DNA from: Lama glama
Taxonomy: Eukaryota
Length of the DNA: 64,000 nt
Assembly: GCA_028534125.1 (NCBI GenBank)
Contig: CM052816.1
Coordinates: 48,238,001-48,302,000, forward strand
Reading direction: 5' to 3'
Numbering within the stretch: the stretch's first letter is position 1; the number at the start of each line of letters is the position of its first letter. Shown one piece after another: positions 1 to 12,040 of this stretch. The notes below the pieces were generated by a model. That model did no database searches. It saw only the letters and a program-made list of their open reading frames with translations, and was not told the origin of the DNA. Position numbers and translations under genes: made by a program.

Positions 1-135
1 TGAATTCCTAGGTATGGAATTGCTGTTTTATAAAGTATGTACATTTTAAATTTTGATGGAAATTGCAAGTCATCCTCCAAAGAAGTAGGACAAATTTCTA
101 AACACAATGGTTGTATGAAAATACCAACTTTCCCC
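1..135 (-). mobile_element. Old L1 (L1M) 3' fragment, cut by the window edge
   Basis: 'cctaggtatggaattgctg...tgtacattttaaattttgat...caatggttgtatgaaa' resembles the antisense of the L1 ORF2 end/3' UTR. Confidence 0.5.
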
Positions 136-730
136 TATGATGGCCAGATAAATTTCATCCTCTGGAATCATGGAGTGACTTGAGTTTATGCTTCAAGGAT
201 TCCTAGCCACAAGGTAAGACGGCATTGGAGGAAGAAATGGCTCACAAAAGCATTAGAATGAATACTAATCATAATGAAATGAAACAAATTTTAAAACCAC
301 TAGAAAACTGCTGATAAAAAAAGGGTGGAAAATGGGAATTGTTTGTATAGTAATCATCATTAAATATTTCAGACATGCAAAATGTCACTGATTTTGTCTT
401 TATATTAATCCCTATATGATACATCTGTTCTCTTTTAAAAATATAAACTATTTAAGTGAATTTACACAACTACATATAAAATTTGTCACCCAACTCTCTT
501 TGCCTCCCAAATCTTTAAATATGTGTGAGCACTGCTTCTATTTTTTTTTTTTTTTTGGAGGTGGGAGAAAAAAACAGAAAAAAAATGAGGGCATATTTTG
601 TTGTGACAAAACTTTTGAAAATTTCCTCAGTTTGCATTATTAGCTTTGTGTTTTCTCAATAAAAATAAAGAGATGCATAATTGGCATTAAATGATTCCCC
701 TGGCAACTCCCGTAAAGTCCAGAGGGTTGA

Positions 731-750
731 GTGTGTGTGCCTCTGTGTGC

Positions 751-812
<62 letters not shown>

Positions 813-837
813 CAGAGACAGAGACAGAGACAGAGAG
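731..837. repeat. Compound microsatellite (TG)n-(GA)n-(GACAGA)n
   Basis: Directly visible; explains the low-complexity ORFs at 640-916. Confidence 0.97.
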
Positions 838-2737
838 GCATTTAAGGAAACAGAGTATTTCCAAAACGTTGCATAAGATATGGCTGGGAAATCTTATGAG
901 TCAGAGTTCTCCATAATTATTGGTATAAAATATGGCTGCAGTAATATATTGTAAAATATGATAATGATGACAATTTTAGCTGTATAAAATTGAAATCTAA
1001 TGGTTTATAAAAATATATTTCATAATATAAAATTTGCCTTATTTTTGATAAATTAATCCTCATCTTTTGTATTATTTTAAAAAAGTGAAACATCCTTCTA
1101 AATGTTATTGAATAAAAAATTGTTTAAATTTAATGACATACCCATATTCCTAAAACTATCCTTTAAAGCAGTACATTTTGTAGAATTTCCTCAAAAAAGA
1201 TACTAAAAGTGATTCAAAGTCATTGAAATCTAAATAACACTATTTTTATAAATCAGTCTCTAAATATTTTCTAAGCTGAGAAAGGCTTATCATTTTATTA
1301 ATGACCTAATACCTGAAAATTATGTACAGAATTATTCCAAAATTTCCCTTTTCTAGTCCATCTAGCCTGATGGACTGTTAAGATCATTCTTCTGCAATTG
1401 ATGTTATATCCAGTACTTGAAGAAGTCATTGAAATGTTAGTTTCCAGTTATATATTACTATGGTAGTGCTTTCATTTTATCTACACTTTTATTGGATATA
1501 TTAAATGTCTGCTGTAGTTCTAGTTCAGTAACTGAAAAATGATCAAGTTTCTTATAATACCTTTTATGGTTTTCAAAATCCTACTAATGATAATTCTTGC
1601 TTGTTCTTTGATATAGCTGAAACAGCTAAGTGGAATACCTAACCAGGAGAAATGCTTATAATGAATTCCTTTAAAAAGCCTCATTTTTCTTTCACTGATG
1701 TCAGGTAATAGACATAAAATGTACAATTAAAGTCAAAGTTTTAGATTTTGAGAACTCAGATTCATCATATTGAAAAGACCGTTAACAATCCACATAATTA
1801 CACAATATAAATACCCAGGAAAGATAAAGCATATACCTTTAAGACATGACCCCATAAAAGTTGATAACTGTATATAGTTAAGGTCACTACACTGAGAAAA
1901 GAAGCCATCAGAATGCAGTACATGTTCTCTTAAAAATATCAGAAGTAATAATTTGGTGGATAATCCTCAAAATGCCATTGTTTTATGATGTGTGTAAGTG
2001 GCTCTAATTTAAATTCTGGACTGTGCATAGGTAATTAGCCTTTAGCACCAAATAATTTCTAAAAAATTATACATGATCATTAAAACCATTTCTCATCATC
2101 TATCTACAGACAATATTCTAATTTTCTTTAAATGATTTAAACTTTTATAGCTTCATGTATGTAATTAATTTTCCTTTCATTACCGTAAGGTTCTTGGTTC
2201 AGTGATTTCAAAGCATATTATTATAGTGAAAAAAACTTCATAATTAAACCAAAATAACCTATAGTAAACAACATATTATTTGGCTGGGCCAACCAGGGTT
2301 GGATTTTCAGGTTAATGAATCCACCAGGGAGGTGGTTCAGTTTCTATTGAGAAAAAGTTTGTAGTATTCATACATGCATGAGTCAGGGATTGTCTACAAC
2401 AGCATGGTGGGTAAAGGAATTTATAAAATAAAAATGTAAGGTGATTTTAAACACATGGACTAAGGATCTTTTTAACATTAGGCTTCACGTCTTATGTTCA
2501 AATGAGCTGCCATCTAAGAGGGCAGGTTCTTGGAATTTTACATTAGTCTTCATTTAATGACTGATATAAAAATCAATTACATAATATTGACTGTAAAAAA
2601 TAAAATGATAGTTGCATTGACCTAGATAACCATGACTTACACTTTTCCAGAGCATTCTCAAGGGTTTTATTTACACTGAATACTAGCTGCTAGCAGAACT
2701 CATCACCACTTTCATGCCTGCGTGTTGTTTGTTAAAT

Positions 2738-2895
2738 CCATTTTCCAAAGTGCTTAATCATCAGAAAGTCTTGGTGAGATATAACAATTATTAGGCTCTA
2801 ATCTGTAATCATATCCTTGAAGGGTGAAGATAGGAATCTCTATTTTTTAAAAAAAGGGCAATAGTTGATTCTGGTCAAGTTTGGTAAATACTGCA
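2738..2895. mobile_element. MER5-like hAT-Charlie MITE, degenerate
   Basis: Motifs 'ttccaaagtgct..atcatcagaa', 'ggaatctctatttttt' and the end 'aagtttggtaaatactg' resemble MER5. Confidence 0.45.
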
Positions 2896-3229
2896 TTTTA
2901 AAAATCTAACTCTTCCAGTTTTCTTTTTTTTTTTTAAGAGTTCTATAGTTTATGAAGCAATTTTGTTAACTTTCCTCTTTAGAATTATTTTAATGTTGGA
3001 CTTCATAAAATTATGTGAGATATTAATTTTTTATTAAAGATTTTAACAAGTTTATATGAAAGCAAGTATATTTTCCTTACATCTTATAGGGTTCTTACTC
3101 TATTGTGCTTTATTCCAAATTTGGCTTTTTTTCTCCATTAATCTGGAAGCAATCCACTACACTGATGTATCATTTAACCTAAATATATATATACCAATAT
3201 AATCTAATTTCAACATTTCACTATAGTCT

Positions 3230-3321
3230 ATTTTTTTTTAATGGCGGTACTGGAGATTGAACTCAGAACCTCATGAATGCTAAGCATGTACCCTGCTACT
3301 GAGCTATGTTCCTTCCCTGCT
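3230..3321 (-). mobile_element. tRNA-derived camelid-type SINE (vic-1-like)
   Basis: Poly-T followed by 'gtactggagattgaactcagaacctcatgaatgctaagcatgtaccctgctactgagctat', the antisense of a B-box/A-box tRNA head. Flanked by an imperfect 15-bp TSD: atttcactatagtct (3215-3229) and atttccccatagtct (3322-3336). Confidence 0.85.
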
Positions 3322-3511
3322 ATTTCCCCATAGTCTTACCTTACCCTCTCTCCTATTTATGTATATATTCCACACCTCTTCCATGACTTTCTGTGTCATT
3401 GTTCATTATTTTAATCTCCCTCTGTCACTCTCTTTTTCTCTTTTTTTCTGGTTAACTCATTCCTGTTCATCAAGATTCAGCTTGTCTCACACTTGTGCCT
3501 CTATCCCTCAT

Positions 3512-3630
3512 TAACATTCACTCACAAATACTTGTTGCATATTACTATGTGTCAGATACCTGCTAGATATAGAGCACAAAGATGAGTAAGACCTTGTATT
3601 TCTGCCAATAAGGAGTTTACAATTTAGATC
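3512..3630 (-). mobile_element. L2 3' end fragment
   Basis: 'cattcactcacaaatacttgttgcatattactatgtgtcagatac...aaagatgagtaagacc' is the antisense L2 terminus. Confidence 0.6.
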
Positions 3631-4204
3631 ACATCTCTCTGAGCACTTCTGTCTTCATCTGCTATAAATTATTCAGAACAGTACCTCCTAATATTTTCAT
3701 TTCAAAGTGCATGGGGATAAATGGACAAGGATGCTTCGCATTAGAAAAAGTGTTCTTTTACTACTGGATCTGTGTGCCCCAAGACCTCTAGCAGTGAATG
3801 ACATCAGCATTCTTGTAACATATTTACACCACTCTAGTGTGTCATGGCCAACATACTGGAATATGCTAGTGAAAAACTTCTCTTGTTACATTTTAAGCAT
3901 TTTTTCTTAATATTTTCCATTTTTGTGGAAATTTTCTCAATCTCATTATCTATTTTACTATTTATTTATTTATTATTATTTTACTATTTATTTTAACAGA
4001 AGTTTCCAAAAATAACTTATTGTCTTAATGAACAGTAGTAGTTATTATATCCTTTTGTTATGACTGTTTTTTGGTACCTTGCCATGTTTTTTTTTCCTTT
4101 TACCATTGTCCTTCTCTTTAGCACCTTCCTTATTTTCTTTCACCATTTTATTTTTTATTGTCTTATTTGCTATAGGTGAATAAAACAGATAATCAAGAAT
4201 ATTA

Positions 4205-4370
4205 AGTAAACAACAAGTTTATACTATACAGCACAGAGAACTATATTCAATATCTTGTAGGAATCTATAATGAAAAAGAATATGAAAATGAATATGTGTG
4301 TGTATATATATATGGCTGAAACTTTGTGTAGTACACTGGAAATTGAGTCTTATGCAAGACTCAATTAAAT
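4205..4370 (+). mobile_element. Severely 5'-truncated lineage-specific L1 3' end
   Basis: Shares 'gaactatattcaatatctt...aatgaaaaagaatatgaaaatgaatatg' with the L1 ends at 36240-36385 and 43060-43235. Confidence 0.85.
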
Positions 4371-5569
4371 CCCGAGTAAAAACATGAAGACTAAAGTATT
4401 TGACTTTCATTCAAAGATATTTTATCATTCATTCTAAGACTGTCAAGGTATCTTAAACACAATTACACTTTCAGTGCTGCATGCTGAAATGATTGAGGCT
4501 TTACTAGAAGCCTGACTTATAAAGGCATATTCAACTCATTTTCTCAGTTTTCAACAAAAATTTCTGCACAGAAAATTTATGAACATACATTATAACCTCA
4601 GGACCCAAAAGGAGAAGGTTCTTAGAGGATTGCAAATGTCTCCAGAGAAAGAAAAAGGGAAATGGCAATGTGCAAATCATTTTAGCAGCAGATCTATATT
4701 ATTAAGCCACCTTCTCTGTTCTTCATAATGAAAGTCATTATGAAATTGAAGAAGAGTTCTTTTTCACATGGTTCAGTCAAGGAGAAAGATCTCAACTGTA
4801 TTGTTAATCAGAATGAGTGGAAAATACCAGTGTTAAAGAAATTATCCATCAGAGGCAAATGAACTCTTTGAGAATATAACGGTACCATCTGGTAAACTAG
4901 CTCTTCCTCAACTACAAATACTACTCTAAAAGGTGTGTTTCTGTCAAACATTTTATTTCCAGAGGATATTTATTCACTTACACAATATCAGATTACGGAC
5001 AAAACAATATAAAGCACTACTAAGAGCTGGGATCAGTAACCTACTTCCTCTCCTCATCGTAACTTTATGAGGAAATGGCAACAATTCTTTGCTTCACCAA
5101 CAAATTGACTTTTTGCCAACAGACTACTACTTCATTCACTCAGGTCTCTCTCTCTTCCCTTAGAACTTATTTATCAAAAAAAAAAAATCTATGAATTAGC
5201 AATTATTATCAAGCTGATTTCCAGGCCAAGATGGTATAGTTAGTTTATGTTCCAATAATTCCTTTTCCTGAAAATACATATAAATAATACATAAACTGTG
5301 AAAAGATAAAATTTAAAAAACCCTAGCTGAGCTCATAAAAAGGAAAAAAAATGTAGACTTTGGACAGCACAAAAATCAAAATCAGCACCTGCAGTTAGAG
5401 CTGAAACTGAAACTGCAGCTGAGTTATTCCTCTGAGAATGAACAGCAGTGACTGTGCATTCATCTTTTCCAAGGTAAATGGGTAGGGTGGCAGTGTTGGT
5501 GGCATAAAAATTGTCAAATCAGATTATTTAAATCAAAGAGCTATTGTGCCCCCTCCCATTAAGAAGGAA

Positions 5570-7510
5570 AGAAAGAGAGAGGAAGAGAGTAATGATTTCA
5601 AGAATTTTTACCAAAATAGGAGCCAAGTAAACTGTAGCAATATCAATGTTTGACAATAAGCCAGAATTTAAGATAAAATGATTAACAGAGATAAAGTGAA
5701 ACAGTGCATTTTAATAAAATGCTTCTGCAAGAAGATATAACTGCAATCATAAATTTATATACATAAAATATTGAAGTATTTAAGAAAAACTGACATTGAA
5801 AAAGAAAAATTAATAGCAAGAATTTCAACAAAAGTAATCAGCTTTAGTGTGTGTGTGTATGTCTGTATGCATGTGTGTGTGTGAAATACACATTATTTTG
5901 AGTATTACAGGGAACATTCATAAAATGTGACCATGTTGTATAAAAATGATAGTTTTCAAATAGTTGATGTCATATATGACATAATATCTCACTAAGGATG
6001 AATTAAATTAGAAATGAACTATAATAAGGATATAAAAAATATCAACATGTTTAGAAAGATACACACATTTAGAGATGTGGAAATCCTAAGAGCAATTATA
6101 AGGTAAGTGTTCAACTCATGAAATCAGGAAAAAAATAACAAAATAAATCTTACTCAAAGAGAAGAAAGAAAATAATGAGAGCAGAAAATTATAAAATAAA
6201 ACCAGAAGTTGATTAAAAATTCATAAAAAAGACAAATATTTGCCAAAATTCATAAAACAGAAAAGAAATAAGACAATGTTTCAATATGTAGGATAAAAGA
6301 AATATGAGCTGTAACCAAAGGAAGAAGACACTTTTTTTAAAAGTCCATGACCAACTTCAAGCTACTCAATTAAAAAATCTAAAGTAAATAGTTATTTTTT
6401 TCTAGAATGATATAAATTGTCAGACTTGACTCAAGAAAAAGTAGAAAATGTGATCAAATCTCAAATCATTAATTAATTTGAATTGGAAACCAGAATTTTT
6501 TAAACAGAGTACCGTGATTTTTATGGGCATTTATCAAACTTTCAAGGAATATATAATCCCTATAATTAGAACATTTATAATTATAGAAACTTCTTCAAAA
6601 ACTAGGAAAAAAGATGGAGTTCTATACAACTCATTTTATGTTACTAATACATTGTGATATTCAAATAATGCTGACTATTTAATAAATGGTATTGGGACAA
6701 TTATTTCTCCATTTGGATCATGAGAAAATTAGATTCCATTTTCAGGCCATACATAATAATTAATTCCAAATGGATAATAACTAGAAACTAAGTTTAAAAA
6801 GTATAACTTTAGAATTGTAGGAAGAAAACATATCATTGTTCAAAAAGAGAATAGCAAAATACTTCTTCAAACAGACACTCTCATACACTCATATCAAAAA
6901 ATAAAATTTGATAAGTATCACTAAATTAATATTTAATATTTTCTGCATAACAAAGGACACCATAACAAGGCAAAATGATGAATAAAAAATATGAGAGTTT
7001 ATCTGCAATACTCAAAACTGATTAAGTAGTAGTGTCCTGATATATTGAGAAGTCTTAAACATTAAAAAGAAAAAGGCAAATAACCTAAGAAAATAATGAG
7101 GAGTGGGTAGAAATAAACCAATTCACAGAAGATGAAACAGTCTCATTAGATAGACAACATATCATACTCAAATAAAAATTCAAGTCCCTGTATGAACGAT
7201 TTAGAAAATATGGAAATAAGAAACACCATTTCAACAAATCAGGAGATTACTTTGGTGATACTTAAGGTGTTCACATCCCAAGGATCAGAAATTCCACTTC
7301 TGAATCCAGAAGGTACTCTTGTGTGTATACAAATGTGGATATGTATGACATTGTACATTGCAGGGGGGGTATTTTTTATTAGCAATAAACTGGAACAATG
7401 AATTGTTCTTCATATAATGGAATTCCATATACTAGATAAAATGAATGAAATATCATCATGGATATAATTTAAAAGTGCAATATTTTATTAAAAATGTGGA
7501 ATGGTATATA
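5570..7510 (+). mobile_element. Highly decayed ancient L1 (L1ME-like), ORF2 pieces to 3' UTR
   Basis: A-rich strand with L1 motifs 'aacagagataaag', 'gactcaagaaaaagtagaaaat', 'caactcattttatg', 'aaattagattccatt', 'caattcacagaaga'. Confidence 0.7.
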
Positions 7511-7514
7511 CAAT

Positions 7515-7835
7515 ATTGGCAGTAGTAGACTATATTGTTTACAATTATTCCCTTCCCTGAAAGAGAATTATACAGCTGCACACACTGTCTTTGGGTTTGC
7601 CTAATGATGTGCTTTAGCCAGTGAAATGTGTGCACACGTGGCTTATGCCAGAAACTGATGATCTAAGGAGTCTTAAAAAGTTTCCACAAATTTCTTACTC
7701 TCTTTCTGCTTCCAGAATGGTATATCCCTCATTGGAGCTATTCATTCAGCTTGAGTTCTGGACTGAAGAGTCCTGTAAAGCAGAAGTGCAACTGATCTAC
7801 TCTTGGCTGCATCAAATATGAGCAAGAAATACAAG
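7515..7835 (+). mobile_element. MLT1-type (MaLR) LTR fragment
   Basis: 'gctttagccagtgaaatgtg', 'cagcttgagttctggactga' and 'atgagcaagaaatacaa' are typical of old MLT1 LTRs. Confidence 0.55.
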
Positions 7836-7849
7836 AAATTTGTGGTTTT

Positions 7850-7982
7850 TCTTTCTATCTTCTCAGCAACCTTCCTTTCCTTCTCCTCTTCCCTCTCCTT
7901 CCACCTTTCCTTTCTCTCTCCTTCCTTCCCCTTCTCCTTTTTATTGTTCCCCCTTTTTACTCTCCTCTTTCTCCTCCTTTTG
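7850..7982. repeat. CT-rich low-complexity (polypyrimidine) tract
   Basis: Directly visible; source of the K/E/R-rich ORF 7742-8050. Confidence 0.9.
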
Positions 7983-8812
7983 TTAATGCAAATTAAAAAA
8001 GCAAAATAGAGGCAATTTATATAATTTGAAACATTTAAAAAATAATACAATATGATATTTTAGATATATAAACATATAATTATTTTAAAAAGGGAAAATA
8101 ATGAATATATGGGAATGGAGACATTGTTTCAGATGCGGAAAGGCACCCAGGAAGTCACAACATCTCACTTTTATCTTTAGTGTTTCATCAAAAATTATTA
8201 ATCCAAACTATGTTAAAGATTTGATGAAATAGTAAGATAGACACACAATTGTTCTTTATTCTCTATTCTTGTCTTGTATGCACAAAATATCTCACAGTAT
8301 ATATATATTTTAATAGGAAGTACTCTATCTTTCTCACTGAAATTTCAGGAACAGACAATAGATAAAGGGCCACTTTGGAAGTTCCCTCCAATCACACTTT
8401 GGGCAGTCTATTTGGTTCCAGAATCAGAAACGAATTCATACTCAGTTGCCACCATTTATCTGCCTGATTCTTATGAGCCTTAGTTTCTTCATCTACTAAC
8501 CAGGGATAGACGTGTGCCTTAGAGTTGTTCTAGTTATTGAAATAGAGTAACTCCTCTTCATTGCCTGAATATGTAATAATTTTAAGTGGTGATGATAAAT
8601 TGGTTTCACTTTTATTTCTCAAATATCATGTTCTAATATTAGATAAGTTCTACTTTGGGGAACACAAGTAGCTTATACGATATGTCAGGCTTAATTAGGT
8701 CAAACAACAATGGAAAAAATTTATGAGAATTATTTCAGCTTTATAATGAAAGCTGGACTCATCACTTTAAAAATATTACCTAATGAATATAATCTCTGTT
8801 TTTTTTTTTAAT

Positions 8813-9150
8813 CAGAGGTTGGTAAACTTTTTCCATTAAAGGGCCAGATAATAAATATTTTCATCTTTGCCAGTCACCTGGTCTCTGTTGCAATAACTCG
8901 ATTCTATCCTTATAATGCAAAAGCAGCCATAGACAAAATTAAATGAATGGGCGTGGCTGTGCTCTAATACAGCTTTAATCATGGACCCTGAAATTTGAAT
9001 TTCATGTAATTTTCACTTGTCAGAAATATTCATTTTCTTTTTTGTTTCTTCGACCATTTGTAATTACAACAAACATTTCCTAGCCTGGAAGCCACAGAAC
9101 AACAGATGGCAGGCTACATTTGACATATGGGCTTCTAGTTTGCTGACTCT
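8813..9150 (+). mobile_element. MER58B-like hAT-Charlie non-autonomous element
   Basis: Ends 'cagaggttggtaaact' and 'tagtttgctgactct' form imperfect terminal inverted repeats (TIRs); internal 'aaagggccagataataaatatttt' and 'gcagccatagacaa..aaatgaatgggcgtggctgtg'. Confidence 0.85.
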
Positions 9151-9453
9151 TTTTTTTATTGACAACAAATGTTGAAAAAAAAAAGAATGAAAAGAAAAAG
9201 AAAGCACTACTGTTAATATGCACATAATCTGTAACATGGATAACCTATAATCCTAATGATTTAGTGCTCCAGGAAAGCTTTATACATACAGAGATTATCT
9301 CATTTCTGTGCTCCTAGTCATAGTGCTTTAATTTACAAAATTTATTCTATGAAAATTATTGGGTACTCTCTTGTTGTGTTACTATGGACAATTTTTTAAA
9401 TGATAATTTATTTCATAAAGGTTATATCTGAGGTTCCTTACTTTTAAAATGTC

Positions 9454-10005
9454 TGTTTTGTGCTGGTCTCAGGCTATCAATAACCAATGTTGCATCTAGA
9501 CCAGCCCTTGTAGTTCTTATGATTCCAAGATGGCCTTTAGCAATAATTATCAGGAAACTTCAGGGGGGAAAAAAAAAAGTTTATTACCCATAGGTCCTGA
9601 AAGTACCTGGCACACCTAGGGCCACCCAGCTAGGTTGTGAATTTGTGGCATAGAGAGAGGGAGCACATGAGCCTTAAGTTCTTCTTTTATTGAGGTCCAG
9701 GGCATGGGAGTGTAGGGTTTCATGGGCTCACCCTTTATTGGTGAATTTAAAACGTAAGTTTAAAGCTCAAGGAGAAAAAAAAAACAAGTGACCCAAATAG
9801 TCAGTTACGGAAATCAATCAAGATCTCTAAAACAAAGGAGCTTCTGTGAAGGAGAGGTGACCTGATCTTAATCTGGTCCTGTGGCTGCGCTGTGCTTATT
9901 CTAGAAATCTTTGAAGTAGATCTGATCTACCTTCAGCAATCAAAGCCTGTCAGGGACTTGCATTACAAAAAACAAACAAATAAAAACCCAAGAGTTTACA
10001 CTACA
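9454..10005 (-). mobile_element. Solo LTR (class III/ERVL-type, MER21-like; family uncertain)
   Basis: TG...CA termini with a perfect 5-bp TSD ATGTC (9449-9453, 10006-10010); antisense AATAAA near 9580; higher GC than the flanks. Confidence 0.7.
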
Positions 10006-11035
10006 ATGTCAAAGTTTTATAAATCTAATTGAATAGTTAAATTATTTTTAGATTGTCTGGCTTTACCCTGCTGAGCATTAATGTTTCCCTTCCTGAACCA
10101 ATGAATATTATATCTTGATAATTATCTGCCTCATTTCACAATCCAAAATAACAATGGTATAGATTGTACTGGAGTGGAAAATTTTAAACAAAGTTTCATA
10201 ATTTTCTGCCCAGTATGCAGTGATATTTCTTAGCTAATGATTTCTGAGTCTTTAGCCTTCTTTTTTCTTTCAAGCATTCACTACACTTCTATTCATAAGT
10301 TAGCATTATAGAAGAGAATGTCCAGTCATATTTTTATCTTTAAGTAGCAATTTTATTTCTTTTCTAATGTGAGAATTTTACATATAAAATACAACATTAT
10401 GCTTGTAAAATGTAGCTGAAAAAGTTTCTTGAACAACTTTGCATTTCTACAAATCATTAATATTTGGATTTTTTCTATTTGTTGTTCACTATACATGATG
10501 ATGATATTTTGTATGGAAATTGATGTCTCTCTAAAGCTATTTTAATTTTTAGTCATAATTTTCAGTCTGTCATTTACTTTATGTAGAACTTTTGCTTTTC
10601 CATAGTTAGTGAAAGTACATTTTTGTCATTAATTCCACTTTGCATTTATATTGTAGATTTTACATTTTTACATTGGTATGTGCACTGATTCATTAGCAAA
10701 CTATAAACCTCAAATAGACCCATATTAAAAATTAAGAGATATTTAGCAGGTGTTAAGGATTCACTAGTATTGATTTTTAAGCATTTATTTTGCTACTACT
10801 ACTTATATAAAACCAAGTATTCTGTTAACTTTATGGAAGATAGAGAAAAGTGAAATATAAAGCAGAATTATAGTGACTTCATTTTTATATCAATTATCTC
10901 TTTTCCTCTTTTCTTTCCTGAATGTTTCAATCATTTCTAAAGACAGAAACTAAATGAAAATGCAATAACAGTGTAAGTTATAGAAGTTACATCCAGGAAA
11001 ATCTAGATTTTTCAATATTTCCAATAGAATAAGAG

Positions 11036-11410
11036 ATACGGTTGGCAAAGTGTGGTCCATGGATGCACAAGAATCCCGTAATCCTTTTAAAGAAATCTGT
11101 GAGGTCAAAACTATTTTCATGATAATATTAAGATGTCTACTTTTTTTCTTTTGTTGGTATTTGCACTGATACTGAAAAAGCCATGATGGGTAAAATTACT
11201 ATCCTTGTGGTAGGGATCACTGCAGGAGCTGCAAATTGTACTGGTAGTCTTTGTATTGCTCACTTTGACACACAAAACGTAAGAAAATGCCTTGTGGAGG
11301 CCATACAAATATTAGTTATTATTACATGTTGACCCTTAATTCTATTTTTTAAATATTATTTGTGTCAAATGAAAAGTACACAGAAAGATATGCAAAGCAC
11401 TTCAGCACTT
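11036..11410 (+). mobile_element. Charlie1-type hAT transposon fragment
   Basis: 'caaagtgtggtccatgga...gtgaggtcaaaactattttcatgataatattaagatg...atttgcactgat...atgggtaaaatt' matches the recalled Charlie1a/b end; orientation follows that recalled consensus. Confidence 0.7.
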
Positions 11411-11431
11411 TACTAGAATAAATAAATATGC

Positions 11432-11575
11432 ACTAGGTGTTCTCAAGTCTACTTACACTAGCTCACAAGAACAGATTGTACACATCTCTTGCCTACTCTA
11501 TGTTCATTTGAAATAGCCTATGATAAGAGAATTTTCACCACAGAAACTGGCAAACACTAGAAATCATAGCCATTA
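11432..11575 (+). mobile_element. MER63-like (hAT-Blackjack) fragment
   Basis: 'gctcacaagaacagattgtacacatctctt...ttgaaatagcc...caccacagaaactggcaaacactagaaatca'. Confidence 0.6.
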
Positions 11576-11579
11576 TTAT

Positions 11580-12040
11580 GGCTTTAATTAAAAAGACAAC
11601 ACAAATTTTTAGCAAGAACAGAGCAATTGATACACTAACTTGTTCCTGACAGGAACACATAATAGTACAATCACTATGGAAAAAAGTTTGGCAGTTTCTC
11701 TTCCAGATCTTATAAAAGACCTGGCAATTCCACTGCTAGGTTTTCACCCAAGAGGAATGAAAACAAACTTTCATAGGAAGACTTGTTCAGGAGTGTTTAT
11801 ACTAGCTAGCTTTGTTCATGAGAGTTAAAAACTTGAAACGTTACATTTATCCATCATTAAAATTATAATTTGGTATATTTGTGTACTCATTAACAATACT
11901 CAGCAATAAAACAAAATGCACTATTGATAAACTCAACAAAATAGATTAATTCCGAAAGTATTATGGTGAGTACATAATGTATGATTCCATAAAATTCAAA
12001 AATAGGCAAAACTAATCTATAGTGATGGACACAGAACAGT
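11580..12040 (+). mobile_element. Old L1 (L1MC/ME) 3' fragment
   Basis: 'cactatggaaaaaagtttggcagtttct', 'gcaattccactgctagg' and 'aataggcaaaactaatctatagtgat'. Confidence 0.75.

Noticed and set aside
640..916. Four overlapping repetitive ORFs
   Set aside because: Translations of the compound microsatellite.
4722..4744. 10-bp inverted repeat; similar 8-9 bp stems at 43266-43285 and 63140-63157
   Set aside because: Stems this short are expected several times by chance in 64 kb of AT-rich sequence.
7742..8050. K/E/R-rich 102-aa ORF
   Set aside because: Antisense of a CT-rich low-complexity tract.
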